From Methanosphaera sp. rholeuAM74 (GTDB taxonomy: Archaea; Methanobacteriota; Methanobacteria; Methanobacteriales; Methanobacteriaceae), in contig MUZZ01000198.1 in assembly GCA_003266075.1 (NCBI GenBank), forward strand, positions 9,980 to 52,791: 42,812 nt of DNA, given 5' to 3'. This document shows, piece after piece, positions 1-7,700 of the stretch. Position 1 is the first letter of the stretch. Every line of letters begins with the position of its first letter. The notes beneath the pieces were generated by a model. It ran no database searches. It had not been told where the DNA came from and saw only the letters and a program-made list of their open reading frames with translations. Position numbers and translations under genes: made by a program.

Positions 1-372
1 AAAGGTGGACGTAAAAACAAACAATTCTGCGTCAATAATAGTGTCACACCAAATGGTTGGCACATGAACCAAGTAAGGGCACTCGCATACCTACTTAAGA
101 AGCTGACATTTGAAGCAGGACTAGGAATAAACAACCTCACAACACAACTCGAAACATTCAAGGCTAACCTGAACACTATCGCACGTGATGTTCTGAAAGA
201 AGTAGAAATCATCACAGAGATAACATTTGATGACAAAATTATAGTACACAGCCATGACCACATTGAGTTATCACTTAACGTGGAAGTAGGTGGAGTAGTG
301 ACAAGAATCGATATCGGAGTCAATATGACTCTTCAGAACCCTACTAATGTAGTGACAAGTGCAGAAGAATAA
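1..372 (+). CDS. Tail sheath protein, C-terminal part (5' truncated by the window)
   Basis: Frame is open from base 1 (KGGRKNKQFCVNNSVTPNGWHMNQVRAL...); helix followed by terminal beta strands as in sheath C-termini; directly upstream of the tube-like gene. Confidence 0.65.
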   Translation, partial: KGGRKNKQFCVNNSVTPNGWHMNQVRALAYLLKKLTFEAGLGINNLTTQLETFKANLNTIARDVLKEVEIITEITFDDKIIVHSHDHIELSLNVEVGGVVTRIDIGVNMTLQNPTNVVTSAEE

Positions 373-388
373 ATGGAGGTAGATTACA

Positions 389-811
389 ATGGTAAGAAAA
401 CGAGAAGTATTATACAACACACAAGTATTATTCGATAAACTACCTATTGGATGGGTAAGTGAAATAAGCTACGAATTTGATTATGAAAATCAGCAGAAAA
501 CAACACATAGTGGACGTATGACCATGAACAGTCCTTACCCAGGGGTTGAAGTGAATGTTACTAAACTGACGAAGTGTGAAGTTACCGATGAGAATAAATG
601 GTTGGATGTTGTGGATAAAATGGCTAATGAAGGTGGAACAATTACCATGATTAGTAAACAGCCTAAAGGTACTGTTGTTATAAATGCTTATGGTTGCCGT
701 CCTGATAGCGAGGAATGGAGTAATGAAGCTGCTGAGTTCATGGAGATTGAAGGTTCTTATCAGGGTGAAGACTTTGATAGGTACTTTATCAAGAACGGTG
801 CATCAGCATAA
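389..811 (+). CDS. Tail tube protein (contractile-tail type)
   Basis: 140 aa, beta-rich; ends with a 'YGCRPDSEEWSNEAAEFMEIEGSYQGED' pattern typical of tubes; GGAGG RBS; position after sheath. Confidence 0.7.
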   Translation: MVRKREVLYNTQVLFDKLPIGWVSEISYEFDYENQQKTTHSGRMTMNSPYPGVEVNVTKLTKCEVTDENKWLDVVDKMANEGGTITMISKQPKGTVVINAYGCRPDSEEWSNEAAEFMEIEGSYQGEDFDRYFIKNGASA

Positions 812-882
812 ATAAGGGTAAATGCTCTTAATCATTTATATCTGGTATTTTATAACTCCTATAATTTAATAAAAAAATTGGT

Positions 883-940
883 AAATGCATAACTGCGTTT
901 TTTTCCACTCCTCACCTCCACAAATATTTTTTTTCTATTT
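883..940 (+). terminator. Probable terminator after the tube gene
   Basis: Short hairpin aaatgca-taac-tgcgttt followed by T-runs at ~898-904 and ~927-934. Confidence 0.4.
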
Positions 941-1031
941 TATGCACTATTTTTTATGTGAATTCAGTTTTAACAACACGTTTATTTTAACCTTATCCTA
1001 TTATTTTTAAAAAAAATGGGGGATGATAATT

Positions 1032-1826
1032 ATGGGATTAACATGCGAAAACATAAAACTACAGAAAGGAAGCCAAGGAACAAATGTGAAAGAATTACAA
1101 ACTATACTCAAAAACAAGGGTTATTATGCTGGAAAAATAGATGGAGATTATGGTAACTTCACAGTAGAAGCAGTTAAACAATACCAGAAAGACAATGGAC
1201 TATCCGTTGATGGATGGGTAGGACCAATAACTTGCAAAAAACTCAACACAAATACAAATAGTAGTAGTGGTGATACAACCGGAATATATACTAGCAGAAA
1301 TCACCATGAAGGTGCTGGCTGTAACAAGCGAGGGCAATGCAACAAGACCTGCTGTGGTCCACACAGCATACGGCAAAGCAACAGCAAACAAGATATAGAC
1401 CAGTTCTATGAGTCTAACATCTCCGGATGGGCGGGGACAACAAGTAACGGTACAAGTCATATGGGTATTCAAACAGCCTTGTATGAGGTTGCAAGAAGAT
1501 CCGGTAGAAAAATTAATATTGAATGGAAGAATTTTTCAGATATGGGTAAAACTACATCTGAAAGGTTCAGGAATATTGGTAAATTAATTGAAAAGCAGAA
1601 TATTAGTGTTATCTGGCATGTACTTTACAGAAACAAATGGGGTCATTATGAAGTTGTTAAACAGGTTAATATGAATAATAACAGCCTCATAGTACTCAAT
1701 AGCTTAGGCAACGGTTGTGGTAATGGAAGTTACTGCGGATACCTGGAAACAAGAAGTTTCAACACGATGATACAATACTTGAATGGTATTAGTCAGAAGA
1801 GTTTAGCAATTATAACATACGAATAA
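1032..1826 (+). CDS. Endolysin: N-terminal PG_binding_1 domain + C39-like cysteine peptidase (putative pseudomurein endoisopeptidase, PeiR-like)
   Basis: LQKGSQGTNVKELQ..DGDYG..T..AVKQYQ..GLSVDGWVGP is PG_binding_1; Q..CCGPHS, GTS..GI, WGHYEVV and LNSLG give a papain-like Cys/His set; start could be 1023 or 1032. Confidence 0.8.
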   Translation: MGLTCENIKLQKGSQGTNVKELQTILKNKGYYAGKIDGDYGNFTVEAVKQYQKDNGLSVDGWVGPITCKKLNTNTNSSSGDTTGIYTSRNHHEGAGCNKRGQCNKTCCGPHSIRQSNSKQDIDQFYESNISGWAGTTSNGTSHMGIQTALYEVARRSGRKINIEWKNFSDMGKTTSERFRNIGKLIEKQNISVIWHVLYRNKWGHYEVVKQVNMNNNSLIVLNSLGNGCGNGSYCGYLETRSFNTMIQYLNGISQKSLAIITYE

Positions 1827-1848
1827 AAAATTTAGGAGTTGATGGTGT

Positions 1849-2160
1849 ATGAATGATTTCAAAAATTATTTTGAAAGGTTAAGTCAAGTAACCAAGCAAT
1901 TAAAACAGAAATTCAATGATTCCACTATTTTAGAGATATATAACATCATAGAAGTACTACAAGACAATCCATGTGACGAAGAGATAAAAATAAGTGTGAA
2001 TAAGTTACAGGACATTAATGATGCATTATTTGAGAAATACGGTGTATGTGATGAAATTATAGACTTTCAAGTATGCATCAACAAAATAAGAAATTATAAA
2101 GATATAACTGACGAAAAAGAAGTAATAAACCATGCAACTGATGGGGACTTCGTACAGTAA
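1849..2160 (+). CDS. Hypothetical protein adjacent to the endolysin
   Basis: 103 aa helical acidic ORF with GGAG RBS, 22 bp after the lysin. Confidence 0.7.
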   Translation: MNDFKNYFERLSQVTKQLKQKFNDSTILEIYNIIEVLQDNPCDEEIKISVNKLQDINDALFEKYGVCDEIIDFQVCINKIRNYKDITDEKEVINHATDGDFVQ

Positions 2161-2222
2161 AAAACATACTCTATTTGTAAGTATAAATCGTTACATAATA
2201 CAGTATAGTAGGAGGAAATATC

Positions 2223-2825
2223 ATGAATCAAGAAGAATATGAAGAAGAAATAAAAGAAATCAAAAAAATTGAGGAAGAACAAGAAGACATTAACGATGAA
2301 ATACCACGCTTCATACAAGAACAAGAAGACAGATACATCAGTAAAGAAGAATCTATAGAATTAATCAAACTCGCTGACGAAACACTAACACCACTAGAGG
2401 AACTACAGGAAGAAACACAAGCTACAGAATACAATCCAAGCAGTATACTACAAGATGCACCAGAACTACGTGATATACTAAATAGTCAAAAAGCGATAAG
2501 ATGCGGAACAAAGGCGAGAATACCTATACCACTCAACATGGATGGCACGATTATAAAAGTATACGTACGTGGAATATCTGGTGAAGAACTAGCACAGATA
2601 CAGCAAGAAGCAGAAAATACTGGTGCAGACCCTAACCACCTCGCAGCATGTATAGCATGTTATGACTCACAGAACAAGTTATACAGTAGTGAAGAACTAG
2701 AATCACTAGGTTATGCGAATGAAAGAAAGATAGGTGAAGCTATAACGATTACGAGTGGTGAAAGTAGTGATTATACTACTGAGAAGATACAGGAAAGAGC
2801 CGTTCAAAATTTGATAAACGGCTAA
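2223..2825 (+). CDS. Tail assembly chaperone (XkdN/gpG-like) with acidic N-terminal extension
   Basis: 'IKVYVRGISGEELAQIQ...EELESLG...KIGEAITITSG' matches the TAC pattern; slippery heptamer near the 3' end. Confidence 0.7.
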   Translation: MNQEEYEEEIKEIKKIEEEQEDINDEIPRFIQEQEDRYISKEESIELIKLADETLTPLEELQEETQATEYNPSSILQDAPELRDILNSQKAIRCGTKARIPIPLNMDGTIIKVYVRGISGEELAQIQQEAENTGADPNHLAACIACYDSQNKLYSSEELESLGYANERKIGEAITITSGESSDYTTEKIQERAVQNLING

Positions 2826-3019
2826 GCATTGCTCTGAAAGGAGATCTTAGCCATCTTACTTTATTGTATTGGGCTAGTAATTATGATCCACAGCTAGTGT
2901 TTTATAATTACCCTGATTTGACACGTTTGCAACGTAATGTGCTTATTTCAATGTTTAATAATATTAATGATTTCAAATCGGATAAGAGTGATGGGAATGT
3001 GTTCCCTATACTACCCTGA
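2807..3019 (+). CDS. -1 frameshift extension of the tail assembly chaperone (gpT-like, ~70 aa)
   Basis: A AAT TTG at 2807-2813; -1 frame is open 2783-3019 (FDKRLSIALKGDLSHLTLLYWASNYDPQLVFYNYPDLTRLQRNVLISMF...ILP*) with no good start of its own. Confidence 0.65.
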   Translation, partial: KFDKRLSIALKGDLSHLTLLYWASNYDPQLVFYNYPDLTRLQRNVLISMFNNINDFKSDKSDGNVFPILP

Positions 3020-3045
3020 CTGGGTGTGGTGGAGTTATGGTATAA

Positions 3046-3891
3046 ATGGTAGATAGTAATCTTTTAAATGGATTAGTAAGTGAAGTTGGGCAATTAATTG
3101 AATTTCAGAAGGATCCTATTGCGTATCCATGGATTGGTGTGATAACTAATACTACTAGTAGTAAATATTGTGATGTGCATGTAGAGGGTAAGGGGTTACT
3201 GTGTGATGTGCCTTGTCATGGTATTCCTGTGATAGGTGATAGTGTTATCATTCATTTTATTGAGGGTAAATATGATATGCCTGTGGCAGATTGTCCTCAT
3301 AAACTCAGCCCAGGTAATGATGTATTAAACTCTTATTATAGTGAGGAGTGCTTCAATTACCTCGTGAATGGTGACTTTTCTAATCAAGCTGAGGGTTATA
3401 CTGGTAATTTTGAGTTAATTAATGGTGAAGGATATACACTTACTAGTGATTATTCCTGTCTTTTAGCTGAACGAGGGTGTTACCTTGAAACCGTCGTGGA
3501 CTTACGTGACATACAAAAAGATGAGTTCAAGTTTCAATGTGTTTATACTGGTGCTGGTGAACTTAAAATTGAATGCCATGATTATAATAGTGGAGATATT
3601 ATACAGACCTTACCATATAATATGAGGTATCCCTATAAGATATGGACTAATCCATTAGGTCGTAATGATTGGAGCTATAATAAGGAAGTCTATCCAGTAG
3701 TAGAGGATGGAATACGACATGAGAAAGTAGTAGTCAGGATTACTAATAACACTAATGGTGAGAATATAACTATTGGGGATGAGGTACGCAGTAGTCCACA
3801 GGCAATGCTTGTCGATGCATTACTTGTCTTTGATGAGAATGGTGATAATAATTATTATCAGCACGTTAATGACGTGTTACATGACCAGTAA
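3046..3891 (+). CDS. Baseplate spike/gpV-like protein: N-terminal OB fold + C-terminal carbohydrate-binding-like jelly roll
   Basis: 'CDVHV..GLLCDVPC.GIPVIGDSVIIHFIEG...PV' is the gp5/gpV OB-fold pattern; 'NYLVNGDFS' is a typical CBM4/9-like domain start. Confidence 0.6.
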   Translation: MVDSNLLNGLVSEVGQLIEFQKDPIAYPWIGVITNTTSSKYCDVHVEGKGLLCDVPCHGIPVIGDSVIIHFIEGKYDMPVADCPHKLSPGNDVLNSYYSEECFNYLVNGDFSNQAEGYTGNFELINGEGYTLTSDYSCLLAERGCYLETVVDLRDIQKDEFKFQCVYTGAGELKIECHDYNSGDIIQTLPYNMRYPYKIWTNPLGRNDWSYNKEVYPVVEDGIRHEKVVVRITNNTNGENITIGDEVRSSPQAMLVDALLVFDENGDNNYYQHVNDVLHDQ

Positions 3892-3917
3892 ACATATTGA
3901 ATAAAAACTATATTTTT

Positions 3918-3957
3918 ATAAAAAAAAAGGAGAAAAAATAAATTTAATTTTTTTTTT
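3918..3957. terminator. Bidirectional oligo-A/oligo-T terminator between convergent genes
   Basis: A9 at 3920-3928 and T10 at 3948-3957 lie between the convergent stops at 3891 and 3963. Confidence 0.6.
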
Positions 3958-3962
3958 GGAAA

Positions 3963-4514
3963 TTATGGTCGTCGGAAGTCGTCAGGATACTTGTTATACT
4001 GGATATAACTATCCTCTTCATCTTCTTCATCATCTGTAGACCGTGTATCACTACTTTGTGTTCCATATATCTGGTCATGGTACTTTTCATAGGAGTCACG
4101 TTTATATTTCATATAACTACTATATGGGTCATTATCCTTGTTTAAACGTAGACATTCAATTTCATTCTCTTCACTTTTAGCCCAAGCAGATTTTAACATG
4201 AAATAGAATATTATGGCAATGATTATGCCTTCTATTAGGCATGATACCCATACTGGCATCATATTTTCAAGATACATAGATAAACCAAATAGTGTTGCGA
4301 ACTCTATTATCACACCGAATATTATCATCAATGCACCGACGGTTGAACTAGTGCCATGGTCATAATGGCTACTATTCATCCAAAATCCGTCCCTGTCACG
4401 GTCTGGTTCTAAGCCTATGCCTGTTACGTGTTCACCCCAGTATTTGGATACCACGTATACTGATAGGATTATTTCTAGTAGTAGTAGTCCTGTTGTGAAA
4501 TCTTGTATTTGCAT
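3963..4514 (-). CDS. Membrane protein (three predicted TM segments, acidic C-tail); moron-like
   Basis: Three hydrophobic stretches; GGGGAGGTGA RBS (4524-4533) and TATA-like box at ~4540-4551 on the minus strand. Confidence 0.75.
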   Translation of the reverse strand: MQIQDFTTGLLLLEIILSVYVVSKYWGEHVTGIGLEPDRDRDGFWMNSSHYDHGTSSTVGALMIIFGVIIEFATLFGLSMYLENMMPVWVSCLIEGIIIAIIFYFMLKSAWAKSEENEIECLRLNKDNDPYSSYMKYKRDSYEKYHDQIYGTQSSDTRSTDDEEDEEDSYIQYNKYPDDFRRP

Positions 4515-4644
4515 TATATTATTTCACCTCCCCTTACTGTTATTATATAAGTGGAATTTTTGGATTTCACTTAGTTTTTATTTTTATTTTTCATTTACAT
4601 ATACATTTTATCCCCCCCAAAATCAAACTTATTTTAATGTAATG

Positions 4645-4666
4645 TTTCCCTGAATTAACAGGGAAA
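4645..4666. promoter_or_regulatory. Palindromic operator candidate between divergent genes
   Basis: Perfect inverted repeat tttccctg-aattaa-cagggaaa in the intergenic region between the moron and the TMP gene. Confidence 0.4.
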
Positions 4667-4729
4667 ATTACTTATATTTTATTAATAATTCATCAAAACC
4701 ATATAAAAAAGAAGAGGAGTCCTGGAAAA

Positions 4730-7700
4730 ATGGCTGGAGGACATTCACATAAACATACAATAGAAATAGATACAAAAGTAGGAAACGCTAAAGACGTAGA
4801 CTCATTAGCAAAAAGCTTAGACAAACTAAGCAAATTCAAGAAAAGCTCACTAGACGGCATCAAAGACATAGACCTAAGCGTCAAAATCAACGCAGGAGAC
4901 AGCATCAACGAACTTGAAGGATTATCAGCAGAGATAAGCAAAGTAGCGAAAGATGCAAAGTCAATAAAACAACCAAAAATACAGTTATTAGATGCTTCTT
5001 CAGCCAAAGCAGTAAACAACATCACTAACCTAGGTTCATCCATATCCAAACTCCAGAAAAACATCAAAGGAATCAATGCTAAAAACATCACAGGTTTAAC
5101 CTCATCAGTAAATAATCTGACTGATGCTTTTATGAGTGCGGCCAGTGCTGCAGGTACTCTTGCAGATGCCACCAAAAGTATTGGTGGAAACTTGGGTAGT
5201 GCAATCAGTCAGGCTAACCAGTTAGCAAAGGCATTTAATGATGCCGCACGTAATGCCGGTAATGTATCTAAGAATACTAAGGATATTGATGGTGGTAGTA
5301 GTGGTTCTGGTAGTAGTCGTGGTATCGGTACTGGTGGTGGTTTCGGAGCAATCGCAGAGGGAGCTCTACAAGCAGCTACTGGTAAAGGAGCACATGAATT
5401 AAGTTTCTCTAACGCAGCTAGCAAACAAACACATAAAAGAACAGTATCTTTATGGGCACAAAAAGACGGTGGAAGTCAAAAAGACGCTGATGATACATGG
5501 ACAGCAATAAATGACCGTGTTAATGAGTCTACTGCTACTATGAATGCTACTATCCCTAGTATGAACGCATTTAAAGCTAGTACTAATGCAAGTACTGGTT
5601 TCTTAAAAGATAATGCTGATGTTTTTGCAGCTCTTGCTACTAAAGTTCAGGCATTGGGTTATACCGAAGCTGATGCTCAGAATGCTATGATGGATTTATC
5701 TAAAGGTATTCATGGTGCATTTGCTAGCCTTGACCAGTATGGTATTAGTGAAGAATCTTTAAAAAGTACTGGTAAATGGAATGGTGATGAAAAAGATTTA
5801 CAAGGATATATGGATGCAGTACGAGATGTTATGGGTAGTGCTACTGATTATGCTGATACTTGGGCTTATCAGAAGGCTATGCTGAACAAGGACATGATGC
5901 GTGGTGGTGAAAAATTATTTTCTGATTATATGAAGCCTGCTGCGGGTGCGTTAAAAGCTTTTAATGATTTTGATAAGGGATTATTTAAGACGTTTGGTTG
6001 GAATATAGGTACTGTTGTATCTGGTTTGTCTATGCTTGACCAGGGACTCATGACTGTTCGTGGTACTATTGATGCTGTGAAGACTGGTGTTGCTAATATT
6101 AAGCAGACTTGGACTGATTTGAAGAATTTCGGTAGTGCTGTTAAGAATTTGCCTAAGACTATTAAGGATAAGTGGCAGGGTGCTAAGGATACTCTTGGTG
6201 GTATTAAGGATAAGATTTTTGGTAGGAAAGATAAAAAGAAGGATGAGAAAAAGAAAGATCCTTTTGAGTTTCCTAAACCTAGTGATAACTTCCCTGATAA
6301 GTGTGAAGACCCTTGTATTGATGCACAGGATAAAATTAATAAAAAGAAGAAAAAGGGTGATGGTTGTGATGACCCTTGTGATGTATCTGGTGCTATTAAT
6401 AAGAATGGTAGTGGTATTGGTGGTGATGATGGTTGTAGTGATGATTGTCTTGAAACTGCTAAGGAAGTAGGTAAGCAGAAGGAGAAGAATCATAAGCAGA
6501 CTGAGAAGAATCGTAAGGATCATGAGAGTAGTGGTTCTAGTAGCTCTGATGGAATAGATATTGATGTTGATAGTGGTAGTGGTTCTAGTAGTTCTGGTAA
6601 AAGCAAAAAGGGTAAAGGTAAGAAAGGTAAGAAAGGCAAAAAGGGTAAAGGTAAGAAAGGTAAGAAAGGTAAAGGGCGACTAGGCAGGTTAAAAGGTAAA
6701 CTTGGTGGAAAACTAGGTAAACTTGGTGGGCTTGCTGTTGGAACTGCAGGTGCGGGTTTGCTTGGTGGCTTATTTGGTGGAGATGATGATGAAGAAAGTT
6801 CCTCATACTATAGTGGTAGGGGAATGAAAACCGGAAAACGTGGTGGATTCGGTAAATCTGCTGGTAAAGGTAAAGGATTACTAAGCAGGATTGGTGGTGG
6901 TGCTAAAGGATTACTGAAAAGTGGAGTGTCTGCTGGTAAAGGATTACTTGGAGGTATTGGTAAAGCTCTTGGTGGTGGTGCGGGTAAAGGAATATTTGGT
7001 GGACTAACCAAGACATTAACTGGAGGTTTGGGCAAAGTTGCAGCTAAAATTGGTGGTAAAGCTATTTTCGGTACGCTGGGTAAGGCTGCTTTTAGTTGTG
7101 TCCCCGTGATTGGTCAGGTTGCTGCTGCTGCTTGGATGGTTACTGATGTACTTGACATGTTGGGTATTGACTGGTTTGGTCCTCTTAGTCAGGGAGTGGG
7201 TGCTGTTCTTGACCAGATGGGTCCATTGGGTCAGACTATTAAGCAGGTTGGTGGTCAGGCTATGGAGTATCTGGGTGGTGCTGCTGACTGGATTATGGGT
7301 GGATTTGAGAAGCTCATGAATGGTGAAAGTCTGGGTAGTGTCCTGATGGGTGGTCTTGGTGATGTCCGTGGTAATGTTAGTAATATTTTGCGTGGCATTA
7401 GTCCTGAATTTGCTGATTTATTTGACAGTATCAGCACTAAAGGTATGGAGATATTGGGTGGTGCTGGTGACTGGATAATGGGTGGATTAAATAAACTCAT
7501 GAATGGTGGTAGCATTGGCGAGGTAATCTGGGGAGGTCTTAAAGACATTGGTGGCAACCTTATGGATATGTTCGGTGGTCTCGGTGAGAAACTTGGACCT
7601 GTTTTCCAAGGAATTAGTGACTGGCTAGGTGGATTATTTAGTGGTGAAGGTGGATTAGACCTTGGAGGTATACTTTCAGCTATTTCTCCTATAACAGGCA

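Noticed and set aside
3963-4514. Holin call for the membrane protein
   Set aside because: Opposite strand with its own promoter and not adjacent to the lysin; a moron fits better, although a holin is not excluded
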